DNA of 64,000 bases from Myxococcota bacterium (GCA_965223415.1 OZ245002.1:192001-256000), one strand, 5' to 3'; positions 48,672 to 61,108 are shown, counted from the first letter of the stretch. Notes: a model not told the origin generated them from the letters alone. Translations and numbers: made by a program.

Positions 48672-49357
48672 ACCGCTACTGGAAGACCGCTCTCGACCTG
48701 GACCGCCGCATGGGGGAAGCGGATATCCCCTATTGCGTGATCAAGACCTTCCGCGCGAATCCGGACTACAACGACAGCAACATCGACGTCGTGTGCCCGC
48801 TTCCGTTGGCCGAGGTGCACCAACGCGTCTACCCCGACTACACGCTTTCGCTCCGCGACTGGACCAAGGCAGTGTTCTACGAGCGGAACAAGCGCATGGT
48901 CAAACATCCCACGGGCGAGACGTCGGACATCCACCTGCACACGAACGCGGGCTGGCACGACGTTGAGTTCGTTTCCGGGAAGGAGATCCTCGCGGGGCGG
49001 CAGCGGCACGAGCTCTCGGGCGGAGCGGTCTGGATCCTCGAGCCGGAGCTCGACGCGCGCATCCTCACCCTCCAGATCCTGTTCGAGAACTTCCGCAAGA
49101 AGCGCTGGGACCTGACGATCCTCGGGGATCCGGATCTCACCGACTTCGCCGCGACCTACGGCGTCACCGAGGGCGAGATCCAGCCCGTTCGAGAGGCGGC
49201 GCAAGACGAGCCCCTGCCGCGTTCCGTCCTGGCGCCCATCTGGCGCAAGTACTACGCGCGCCGCCGGCTCGAGACACACATCACACCTTGGAACCGGTTC
49301 CTGCACGAGCTGCTCTTCGCCCTGCAGGCCTGGCGCATGGAGCGCGCGAGGCGCTAG
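48668..49357 (+). CDS. Putative nucleotidyltransferase-family protein
   Basis: YCVIKT...DSNIDVV and DIHLH pattern of uncharacterised NTases. ATGA-coupled to the kinase. Confidence 0.5.
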   Translation: MNRYWKTALDLDRRMGEADIPYCVIKTFRANPDYNDSNIDVVCPLPLAEVHQRVYPDYTLSLRDWTKAVFYERNKRMVKHPTGETSDIHLHTNAGWHDVEFVSGKEILAGRQRHELSGGAVWILEPELDARILTLQILFENFRKKRWDLTILGDPDLTDFAATYGVTEGEIQPVREAAQDEPLPRSVLAPIWRKYYARRRLETHITPWNRFLHELLFALQAWRMERARR

Positions 49358-51021
49358 CTACTTCCCGTCCAAGAACTCGTAAGTCACTGAGAAGAAAAGG
49401 AATTGGCGCAAACGCGCCTCCCGATCGAGTTTCGATTGGTGTATGTTAGGTGGTGCCAACCTACCGAACATACACAGCAATTCGCCAACCGGGGGGTGAA
49501 GCGATGCGCCGATTCCGAGAAACTCAGCTCTCACTCACGCCCACATGGGGTCCGCATCAACATACCCGAGAGCTGCAGATGATCGCCAGGATCCTCGGGG
49601 CGGATCCGCGCTTGGGTGCTGTTGTGCACGGAGATCTGATCGGGGAACGTCGCGCCGATACCGGCCGTCGGGGCCTCAGCGGCGATCAGGTCCTTCGAAT
49701 CGCCCTACTCAAGCAGATCCACGGGCTGAGCTACCGGGAGTTGGAGTTTCACCTCCAGGACTCGGCCGCCTTCCGCAGCTTCGTAGGACTCGGGCTCGGT
49801 GACTGGCCCCGCTTCCAGACCCTTCAGGACAACGTCAAACGGATCCGGCCCGAGACGTGGGAAGCCATCCACCGTGCGTTGATCGGCCTGGCTCGCCGGG
49901 AAGGAATCGAACGAGGCGAGACGATTCGGGCGGATACGACGGTCGTCGAGGCGAACATCCACGAGCCCGCCGACTCGGCCCTGCTCTGGGACAGCGTTCG
50001 GGTGATGACGCGGATTTTGCGAAGGATGGCGAAGCAACGCCCTTCGCTGCGCAAGATGTTCCCGGATCGTCGTCGTTGCGTGAAGCGACGCGCCTACGCG
50101 ATCAAGTTCCACCGGCGGTCGATCAACCTGGTCGCGAGCTATCGGTGCATGATCCGGGCCACGGAAGAGGTCTGCCAAGCGGCCCGTAGCGTCGCGGAGA
50201 GGGTCGCCCGAGTCGAAGACACGACGCCGCTTCGCGAAGAGCTCCTCGCGGTGCTTCCCCTCGTCGAGCGCGTCATCGATCAGAGCCGTCGCCGTGTCCT
50301 CGAAGGCGAGCGCGTCCCTGCAGCCGAGAAGATCGTGTCGATCTTCGAGCCGCACTCGGACACCTCGTGAAGGACAATCGAGGCACCTACTACGGTCACA
50401 AGGTCTGTCTGACTGGCGGCAGGTCGTCACTCGTCCTCGACTGTGTCATCGAGGAAGGAAACCCTACGGACTCGACGCTGGTCGAACGTACGCTCGAGCG
50501 CCATGCAGATCTCTTCGGCAAGGCACCCCGCCAAGTGGCGATGGACGGAGGCTTCGCGTCCATGGACAACGTTGCCAAGGCCAAGGCGCTCGGCGTGGAA
50601 GACATGGCCTTCAACAAGAAGAGCGGACTCGAGGTCCACGAGATGGTGCGCAGCGCCTGGGTCTTCCGGCGCCTTCGTGACTTCCGCTCGGGGATCGAGG
50701 GCGTGATCTCGACGCTCAAGCGAGCGTTCCAGATGGACCGATGCACCTGGCGGGGCCTGGCGTCCTTCAAGGCCTATGTCTGGGCCAGTGTGACGAGCTT
50801 CAACCTCGTCGCCTTGGCCCGCCACCTGCTGACTCGCGAGTTCGCCTGAACCCCTGAGAGTGGTTCGGTCGGTGGACACGTGCGCCCGCGCATCGGAACA
50901 CGGTCGCTCACTCACCCCGACGGCTCCGGGACTGCTGTGACATCGCTACTCTCAACGCCCGCGAAGACCGCCAACGATCCACTAAGAGGCCGACGAACGG
51001 CTCTTCTCGGACGGGAAGTAG
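49358..51021 (+). mobile_element. Complete insertion sequence, ISNCY-type (DDE), 1664 bp, 18-bp TIRs, CTAG target duplication
   Basis: Left ctacttcccgtccaagaa (49358-49375). Right ttctcggacgggaagtag (51004-51021), whose reverse complement matches the left at 17/18. CTAG at 49354-49357 and 51022-51025. Confidence 0.92.
49504..50849 (+). pseudogene. ISNCY-type transposase with a single-base frameshift at ~50365
   Basis: TGRRGLS..VLR...Y..L.FHL.DS, RADTTVVEANIHEP.DS and EKIVSIFEPHSD, then a frame change to VKDNRGTYYGHKV...GNP.DS...DGGFAS...FRSGIEG.IS.LKR. About 448 aa if repaired. Confidence 0.88.
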
Positions 51022-52140
51022 CTAGAGAGCGGCTTCGAGGATCTCCGCAAAGGCCTCGCCGGTCTGCGGCCAGGGGAAGGCCTTGACGCGCTTCAGTCCA
51101 CGCTCCCGGAAGGCCTGGGCGGCGCCATCGTCGGTCAGTATTTCGTGGAGGCACCGCGCAAGATCGTCGGCGTCCGCGGGATCGAAGTAGCGCGCCGCGT
51201 CGCCACATACCTCGGGATGGCAGGTCGCACGCGCCGCGACTACCGGCAGGCCGTGACCCATCGCCTCGAGACTCGTCAGCCCGAATGTCTCGAGAAGGCT
51301 CGTCGTGACGTAGACGCGGGCGCGACGATAGAGCGCGGCGACCTGCTCCGGTGGGATCGCGCCGAGGAAGCGGACATGTCCGCCCGCCGCTTCAGCCTTC
51401 GCCATCAGCCCTGAGTGGTGATCCTCCGTGTACGGCCCCCCGGCCACCCGTACCGACAGAGGGCCGCCGTAGGTCTCGGCGTAGCGCGTGGCTCCATCGA
51501 TCAGCGCTTCGTAGTTCTTGTGGTAGTACGAATGGCCGACGGCCAGGACGAGTCCGGGCTCCCGCTCCGACAGCGGCGGCGGAGGCGGGCCCTCGGGCGG
51601 ATCGAGGCCCCAATGGATCGCGGTGTGCGGGACCCGGTCCATGGCGAAGCGATCGCGGGCCATCTCGACCGAGTCCCAGGTCTGGAAGACGTTCATGCGG
51701 CTCTTCGCCATGGAGAGCCGCTGGGCCAGCCGTTGGAAGCGGATATAGGCTTCCGTGCGCGCGCTCCGCTGCACGGGAAGGCGGCTCAGCACGTTCGGGT
51801 TCTGCCAGATCGAGACCTGGGGGAGCCGGGTCGCGAAGCAGGCGTAGCCGCCGACCGTCAGCAGGCCGTCGAGGCGTGTCCGGGCAAGCAGGCCGGGCAG
51901 TTCGAGCTGCTCCCAGAGCCAGCGGCGCACCAGGCGCATACCGACCGGGAGGTAGTGCGGCTCCAGGTTCGGCAGCGGACGCGCGGGCGCGACGTCCGGA
52001 TGCGCGTGGAAGAGCACGAAGCGCCAGCCCGGTCGGGCCTCGGCCAACGCGACGGACAGCTGGCGCGCAGCCGTGATGCCGCCCCCCATTACCGCCGTCA
52101 TGGCATTGAGGCCGATGCGCGGCCCGCCGCTCTCGCCCAC
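51022..52140 (-). CDS. GT4 glycosyltransferase
   Basis: RWLWEQ, HKNYE, TSLLETFGLTSLEAMGHGLPVV, EVCGDAA. Confidence 0.88.
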   Translation of the reverse strand: MGESGGPRIGLNAMTAVMGGGITAARQLSVALAEARPGWRFVLFHAHPDVAPARPLPNLEPHYLPVGMRLVRRWLWEQLELPGLLARTRLDGLLTVGGYACFATRLPQVSIWQNPNVLSRLPVQRSARTEAYIRFQRLAQRLSMAKSRMNVFQTWDSVEMARDRFAMDRVPHTAIHWGLDPPEGPPPPPLSEREPGLVLAVGHSYYHKNYEALIDGATRYAETYGGPLSVRVAGGPYTEDHHSGLMAKAEAAGGHVRFLGAIPPEQVAALYRRARVYVTTSLLETFGLTSLEAMGHGLPVVAARATCHPEVCGDAARYFDPADADDLARCLHEILTDDGAAQAFRERGLKRVKAFPWPQTGEAFAEILEAAL

Positions 52141-52184
52141 GTCCTCTCCCCGGGGTTCCGTCGGAAACCTAGCGCTCCAGCGGC

Positions 52185-53551
52185 TCAGCCCGGCTCCAGC
52201 CCACTCTCCCGGATCTTCTGCAGCAACGTCTTGTAGGACACCCCGAGCAGCTTGGCCGCCTGCTTGCGGTTCCAGCCGGTGTGGAAGAGCACCTGCTCGA
52301 TCGCCTCGCGCTCGGCCTGCCGGGACGCGCGGCGGCCCACCTCCTTGAGCGGCACGTCGCCGGCGGTCTCCTCCACCTCTTCGAGGAGATCGAGGAAGTT
52401 GCGCTGGCGGCGCACCTGGCCCGCCTCGCCTTCCACCAGGTCCCGGAGGATCGGCTCCTCGCTGCCCAGCACGACGGTGCGCTTGATCCAGTTCTCGAGC
52501 TCGCGGATGTTGCCGGGGAAGGCGTAGCGGTCGATCAAGGAGCGCAGGGCCGGCGAGAGCTCCGGGCGCGGGCGGTCGTAGCGGGCGGAGTAGCGATCGA
52601 GGAAGTGCCGGATGAGGCCGTCGATCTCGTCGCGCCGGTCGCGAAGCGGCGGGATGCGGACGCTCACCACGTTGAGACGGAAGAAGAGGTCCTCGCGGAA
52701 GCCGCCGCTGCGGGAGAGCTCCTCCAGCGGGCGATTCGTCGCGCTTACGATCCGGACGTCGACGGAGATCTCCGAGTTGCCGCCGAGGCGGCTGAAGCTC
52801 CCGTCCTGGAGTACGTGGAGCAGCTTGGCCTGGGCGGCGGGGCTCATCTCGCCGATCTCGTCGAGGAAGATCGTCCCACCGTCCGCCTGCTCGAACTTGC
52901 CGGGCTTGCGCTGGGTGGCGCCGGTGAAGGCGCCCTTCTCGTAGCCGAAGAGCTCGCTCTCGAGCAGCTCGCCGGGGAGCGCCGCGCAGTTCACCTTCAC
53001 GAAGGCGGCGTCGGCGCGGCCGGAGCTCTCGTGGACGGCGCGGGCGACCACTTCCTTGCCGACGCCGCTCTCGCCCTGGATCAGCACGGTGACGTCGGTA
53101 TCGGCGATGCGGTCGAGCAGCGAGCGCACCTCCGCCAGGCTCGCGCCCGCCCAGAGGATGCCCTCGACGGCGCGGGCCTCGGGCTCCGGCGGCCGCAGCA
53201 GGCGACCCAGCACCCGGTCGAGCTCCGCTTCGTCGAAGGGCTTGTTCAGGTAGTCGGCCGCGCCGAGCTGCATGGCTTCGACGATGGAGCTCGCCGTGCC
53301 GACCACCGAGAGCATCACCACCGGCAGCGCCGGATGGCGCTCCTTGATCTCGCGAAGGGTTTCGAGGCCGTCCTGGCCCGGCATCATCACGTCGAGGATC
53401 ACCAGATCCGGAGCCGCGCCGGCGTCGAGCAGCTCCAGGGCCCGGCGGCCGTCCTCGGCGCTGTCGACGGCGTAGCCGCGCGCTTCGAGCAGTGCGGTCA
53501 GGTAGCTGCGAACGCCCTCCGCGTCGTCGACGACGAAGATCCGGGGGCGGC

Positions 53552-53555
<4 letters not shown>
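52185..53555 (-). CDS. Sigma54-dependent response regulator (REC-AAA+-HTH), paralogue of 14281-15696
   Basis: IFVVDD, LDVMMP, GESGVGKE, YEKGAFTGA, FPGNIRELEN, WNRKQAAKLLGVSYK. Confidence 0.92.
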
Positions 53556-56522
<2,967 letters not shown>

Positions 56523-56523
56523 C

Positions 56524-58152
56524 TCAGCGGAGGCGGAAGCGCAGCTCGCCTTCGCTGAGATCGCGGGCGGTGCCTCGGAGATACGCGCGCTCCTGGGCGC
56601 TGCCGAAGCGGGGGAAGTACGGGCCGCGCTCGACGCGGAAGGCGGCGGCCTCGGGGAGGGTGATCTCCAGGGTCTGGCCCGAGGCGAGGGGGACCCGCGC
56701 GACGCCACCGTCGAGCCGGGGCAAAAGGCCCGGCCCGAGCGGGAGATGGTAGGTGGCCTCTTTCGGGGCGCGATCGAAGCGGTCGTGGACGGCCAGGCCC
56801 TCGGCGCCGAGCTCGAAGCGACGGGTGTGCAGGACCTCCGGGGTGCTCCAGCCGGCGCACACGGCTTCGACCCGGCCGGCGGAGGCGTCGTAGCGCGGGA
56901 TCGCCACGTCGGGACGGCCGCCGATCCGGTGGGCCGCCCACAGCTCGGCCTGCTCCTCGCCCTCGATCTGCACCGTCGCGTGGGAGGCGGTGGCGCGCGC
57001 GGCGTCGCGCCGCGGGCCGGGCACGTACTCACAAACGCCGGTGTCGGTGACGACCCGCTCCTCGCCGACGGAGAGCTCGAAGGCGAGCGCGTCGCAGTGG
57101 GCGTGGCCCGGCGTGTAGCTGGGGGCGGGCGGCGCCGCGGTGATGATCAGGGTGAAGGGACCCGCTTCGAGCCGCGCGAAGCCCGCCTGCAGGAGGCGAC
57201 CGGCCGGCTCCGGCCCGCGCGCTTCGAGCCCGAGGGCCGTCGCGTAGGCGCGAAGGGCCGCCGGCGGACTGGCGATGTCGAAGGCGGAATCGCCGAACAG
57301 GGCGAGCTCGCCGTCCGGGAGGGTGAAGAAATCGAGCGCCCCCAGCATGCGCTCGGCCACCTCCCGCAGCGCCTCCTCCTCGGCCGCCGGAAGGCGCCCG
57401 CTCGCGCCCGCACAGATGTTCAGGAGATCGAGGAGGTTCTCGAGCAGGAGCGTGTGGTAGCTCGGGCAGCGCTCGAAGTGAGCGCCGTCCGCGGGCACCT
57501 GCTCGGCAAGCTCCGCCAGCAGGCGTGGGGCCATCCCGCGCCAACGCGCTGAGGCCGCCCCGTCCAGCAGCACGCCGCCGAACACCAGGGCCAGCAGGTT
57601 CCACAGGTAGTGGTTGGCGAGGAGGTGCCGCTCGAGGGCGCTCTCGAGGGTCGCGAGCTGGTCGGCCAGGGAGGCCGTGAACGGCGCCTCGTCCCCGGCG
57701 ACGGCACCGGGAGTGAGGAGCGCCTTGCCCCAGGCGAAGGTGCGAAGGCTGATGGGGTACGGCTTCCAGCCGACGCGCGGCGCGCGAGCCGTGCGCCACG
57801 CTTCCATCGCATCGCGGCGCTGCTCGGGGCTGAGGAGCGGATGCCGCACCCAGTCGAACTGGTGGAGGTGGTAGGCCCAGAGCGGCCCCTCCCCCTCGTA
57901 GCCCCAGTCGATGCCGTCCGGCCAGGCCACCTGGCGCCCGATCAGCTCGAGGGCTTCGAGCCCGCGGACGCGAATGTGCGCCGCCGGCGGGAGGAAAGGC
58001 GCCCGGGGAGCCGGGACGGCCAGGCGGGCGGGCGGCCCCTCGGCCCGGCGGGGCCGAGCCGGGCGAAGGGCGAGGCGCGCGCGGCCGGTCCACTGCTCGG
58101 GGCGCAGGTACCACAGGGTGCGCAGCATGCGGGGGATCTGGGTCGGGCTCAC
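56524..58152 (-). CDS. Heparinase II/III family protein
   Basis: LWAYHLH, PYPISLR, ANHYL.N, DGAHFERCPSYH, GHAHCD, DTG..EY, HAT. GTGA-coupled to rsmI. Confidence 0.85.
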   Translation of the reverse strand: MSPTQIPRMLRTLWYLRPEQWTGRARLALRPARPRRAEGPPARLAVPAPRAPFLPPAAHIRVRGLEALELIGRQVAWPDGIDWGYEGEGPLWAYHLHQFDWVRHPLLSPEQRRDAMEAWRTARAPRVGWKPYPISLRTFAWGKALLTPGAVAGDEAPFTASLADQLATLESALERHLLANHYLWNLLALVFGGVLLDGAASARWRGMAPRLLAELAEQVPADGAHFERCPSYHTLLLENLLDLLNICAGASGRLPAAEEEALREVAERMLGALDFFTLPDGELALFGDSAFDIASPPAALRAYATALGLEARGPEPAGRLLQAGFARLEAGPFTLIITAAPPAPSYTPGHAHCDALAFELSVGEERVVTDTGVCEYVPGPRRDAARATASHATVQIEGEEQAELWAAHRIGGRPDVAIPRYDASAGRVEAVCAGWSTPEVLHTRRFELGAEGLAVHDRFDRAPKEATYHLPLGPGLLPRLDGGVARVPLASGQTLEITLPEAAAFRVERGPYFPRFGSAQERAYLRGTARDLSEGELRFRLR

Positions 58153-58976
58153 CGGGCGTCTCGCTCCTCCACGGCCATCGCGTAGATCTCGCGCTTGGGC
58201 AGGGCGGCCCGCATTGCAAGGGCCGCCGCCACCTCCTTGGGTGAATCGCCGCGGCGCACCGCCGCGCGCACCTCGCGGCGAAGCGCGCGACCGGCCAGGG
58301 CCGGCGCGGGCTCGGCGCCGGCGACGACGAGGGTCACCTCACCGCGCGTTCCCTCGGCGAAGCGCTCCGCCAGCTCTCCGAGCCGTCCGCGAACCGCTTC
58401 CTCGTGCAGCTTGGTCAGCTCCCGGGCCAGGCAGGCGGGGCGATCGCCGAACGTCTCGTGCAGCTCGGCCAGGGTGCGCGCCACCCGCCCGGGCGCCTCG
58501 AAGAGCACCAGTGTCTCCGGGCGATCCCTCAGCGCGGCGAGCCGCGCGGCACGCTCGCCGGCCTTGCGCGGCAGGAAGCCCTCGAACAGGAACGGCGTCG
58601 TCTCGAGGCCGGAGGCCACCAGCCCCGCGAGCACGGCCGAGGGACCGGGCACGGGCACGACCGTGTGCCCGGCCGCGGCGACCGCTTCCACCAGACGCTC
58701 CCCCGGGTCCGAGACCAGGGGCGTACCGGCATCGGAGACCAGCGCCACCGCGTCGCCCTCGTCCAGGGCCGCGAGGACCTCCTCCACCCGCGAGCGCTCG
58801 TTGTGGGCGTGGAGCGAGCGCGGCCGCGCCGGGATGGCGTGATGGTCCAACAGCACCCGCGTGCGCCGGGTGTCCTCGGCCAGCACGACGGACGCCTCGC
58901 GCAGGACCCGCAGGGCGCGCACCGTCACGTCCTCGAGGTTTCCGATCGGTGTCGCGACGACGTACAGCGTTCCCAT
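58149..58976 (-). CDS. rsmI: 16S rRNA (cytidine1402-2'-O)-methyltransferase
   Basis: MGTLYVVATPIGNLED, AEDTR, VSDAGTPLVSDPG, RELTKLHEE. Confidence 0.95.
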   Translation of the reverse strand: MGTLYVVATPIGNLEDVTVRALRVLREASVVLAEDTRRTRVLLDHHAIPARPRSLHAHNERSRVEEVLAALDEGDAVALVSDAGTPLVSDPGERLVEAVAAAGHTVVPVPGPSAVLAGLVASGLETTPFLFEGFLPRKAGERAARLAALRDRPETLVLFEAPGRVARTLAELHETFGDRPACLARELTKLHEEAVRGRLGELAERFAEGTRGEVTLVVAGAEPAPALAGRALRREVRAAVRRGDSPKEVAAALAMRAALPKREIYAMAVEERDAR

Positions 58977-59030
58977 CCTGCCGTGGCTACCCTCGGCCCT
59001 CTCCCCCGCCGGTCCCGCGGGATTCCGACG

Positions 59031-59408
59031 ATGAACGACCGGCCCGATCCGCGCCGCGCCCTGGGCGCCTTCGGCGAGGCGCGCGCGGCGGAGCACCTGG
59101 AGGCGGCAGGGTACCGAATCCTCGGCCGCAACGTCCGCGCCGGCGGCGTCGAGCTCGACCTGATCGCGACCCGGGGCCCACTCCTGGTGTTCGTCGAGGT
59201 CAAGACCCGGCGCCACCGGCGGCACGGAGCACCGGAGGAGGCCGTGGACGCGCGCAAGCAGGCCCGCCTGGTGCGGGGTGCCCGCGCCTGGATCGCGGAC
59301 CACCGGCGCCGCGGCCGCGTGCGCTTCGACGTGATCGCCGTCTTCGCCGAGGCCGGGGCGTGGACGATCCGCCACATCCCCGGCGCCTTCGACGGAGGAG
59401 GCTGCTAG
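59031..59408 (+). CDS. yraN: YraN family protein (UPF0102)
   Basis: G..GE..A, RNVR..GELDLIA, VFVEVKTR, EAV..RKQ, RFDV. Confidence 0.92.
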   Translation: MNDRPDPRRALGAFGEARAAEHLEAAGYRILGRNVRAGGVELDLIATRGPLLVFVEVKTRRHRRHGAPEEAVDARKQARLVRGARAWIADHRRRGRVRFDVIAVFAEAGAWTIRHIPGAFDGGGC

Positions 59409-59417
59409 GGTCGGCCC

Positions 59418-59792
59418 GTGAACGACTCTGCGGACAGCCGGCGCGTCGAGAAGCCCTGGGGCCACGAGCTGATCTGGGCCCACACCGACCGCTACGTGGG
59501 CAAGGTGCTGGTGATCGAGGCCGGCCAGCAGCTCTCGCTCCAGTACCACGAGGTGAAGGACGAGTCGATCTACGTGCTCTCGGGCCGCCTGCGCCTGGAG
59601 CTCGAGGACGACGCCGGAACGATCGTCACCGAGGAGCTCGGCCCCGGCGCCCACCGCCGCATCCGCACCGGCCGCCGCCACCGCTTCGGCGCCATCGAGC
59701 GCACGGAGCTGCTGGAGGTCTCCACCCCCGAGCTCGACGACGTCGTCCGCCTCGAAGACGACTACGGCCGCGAAGGCACCACCAAAGCCTAG
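59418..59792 (+). CDS. Cupin, type II mannose-6-phosphate-isomerase-like
   Basis: KPWG, LSLQYH..KDE, HRF, EVST..DDVVRLEDDYGR. Confidence 0.82.
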   Translation: MNDSADSRRVEKPWGHELIWAHTDRYVGKVLVIEAGQQLSLQYHEVKDESIYVLSGRLRLELEDDAGTIVTEELGPGAHRRIRTGRRHRFGAIERTELLEVSTPELDDVVRLEDDYGREGTTKA

Positions 59793-59795
59793 GAA

Positions 59796-59865
59796 CGCAA
59801 GAGCGGGGACGTTCCTTGCAACTTGCGAAATTTCGCAAGTTGCAAGGAACGTCCCCGTTCTTGCG
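59796..59865. repeat. 70-bp near-perfect palindrome (35-bp arms, no loop, 1 mismatch) between convergent cupin and rplS; possible bidirectional terminator or REP-like element
   Basis: cgcaagagcggggacgttccttgcaacttgcgaaa|tttcgcaagttgcaaggaacgtccccgttcttgcg. Confidence 0.9.
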
Positions 59866-59868
59866 CTT

Positions 59869-60372
59869 TCAGTCTTCGGTCTTGGGGGCTTCTTCCGGCT
59901 CGGTCTCTTCCTCGGGCGGCGCGACTTCGAGCTCTTCGCCGGCCTCGGCGGCGGCTTCCGCAGCGGCGGCCGCGGTGCCGGCGCCGCCGAGGGCGTCGGC
60001 CTCCTCCTCGGAGATCAGGGAGGAGAGATCGCGCAGCTTGGAGCGCAGGCGGGCCTTCTTGCCGCGCAGCTCGCGCAGGTAGTAGAGGCGCGAGCGGCGC
60101 ACGTGGCCGCGGCTCTTGATCTCGACCTTCTCGACCGAGGGCGACTCGATCGGGAAGACGCGCTCGACGCCCACGCCGTAGGAGACCTTGCGCACGGTGA
60201 AGGAGGCGGAGGCGCCACCTCTGCGGCGCCGGATCACGACACCCTCGAACACCTGGGTGCGCTCCTTGTCGCCTTCCCGAATCTTCACGTGGACCCGCAC
60301 CGTGTCACCGGGGCGGAACGGGGGCAGGTCGCGCCGGCGGGCGTGGCGCTCGATGATGTCGACGGGCTGCAT
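59869..60372 (-). CDS. rplS: 50S ribosomal protein L19 (with acidic C-terminal extension)
   Basis: [45 protein letters not shown]. Confidence 0.97.
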   Translation of the reverse strand: MQPVDIIERHARRRDLPPFRPGDTVRVHVKIREGDKERTQVFEGVVIRRRRGGASASFTVRKVSYGVGVERVFPIESPSVEKVEIKSRGHVRRSRLYYLRELRGKKARLRSKLRDLSSLISEEEADALGGAGTAAAAAEAAAEAGEELEVAPPEEETEPEEAPKTED

Positions 60373-60374
60373 GC

Positions 60375-61082
60375 TCACTCTCCTCGCGTCCGGTCTCCGT
60401 CCAGGAGATCCGGGCGACGCTCTCGGGTTCGTTCCAGGGCCCGCTGCCGGCGCCAGTGGTCGATCTTCGCGTGGTCCCCGGAGCGAAGCACGTCGGGAAC
60501 TTCGAGGCCACGAAAGACGGCCGGGCGCGTGTACTGGGGTCCTTCCAAGGTTCCGGTCGTGAAGCTCTCCGCGACTGCCGAATCCGGGTTGCCGAGGACG
60601 CCGGGGAGGAGGCGGCTCACCGCCTCGATCACCGCCATCGTCGGGATCTCGCCGCCCGACAGTACGTAGTCTCCGATCGAGATCTCCTCGTCCACCGCGA
60701 GCTCGATGGCCCGCTGGTCCACTCCTTCGTAACGGCCGCAGACGAGCACGAGGTGCTCCACCCCGGCCAGCTCCTCGGCGACGCGCTGGCTGAAGAGCCG
60801 GCCCTGGGGGGAGAGGAGCGCGACCCGCGCCTTCCTCTCCGCGCCCTTCGGTCCGGCCAGCGCCTCGCAGGCCGCTACCAGGGGCTCGGGCTTCATCACC
60901 ATGCCCGGTCCGCCTCCGTAGGGCTCGTCGTCCACCGTGCGGTGGCGATCCTGGGTCCACCCTCGCAGGTCGTGCACCCGGATCGTGAGGAGCCCCCGCG
61001 CCAGCGCCGCGCCGAGGATCGAGGTGTTCGTGAATGTCTGGAAGAGCTCCGGAAAGATCGTCACGACGTCGATCCGGAGCAT
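60375..61082 (-). CDS. trmD: tRNA (guanine37-N1)-methyltransferase
   Basis: [36 protein letters not shown]. Confidence 0.97.
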   Translation of the reverse strand: MLRIDVVTIFPELFQTFTNTSILGAALARGLLTIRVHDLRGWTQDRHRTVDDEPYGGGPGMVMKPEPLVAACEALAGPKGAERKARVALLSPQGRLFSQRVAEELAGVEHLVLVCGRYEGVDQRAIELAVDEEISIGDYVLSGGEIPTMAVIEAVSRLLPGVLGNPDSAVAESFTTGTLEGPQYTRPAVFRGLEVPDVLRSGDHAKIDHWRRQRALERTRERRPDLLDGDRTRGE

Positions 61083-61108
61083 GGTCTCTCCTTGGGTTTC
61101 AGTCTCGC

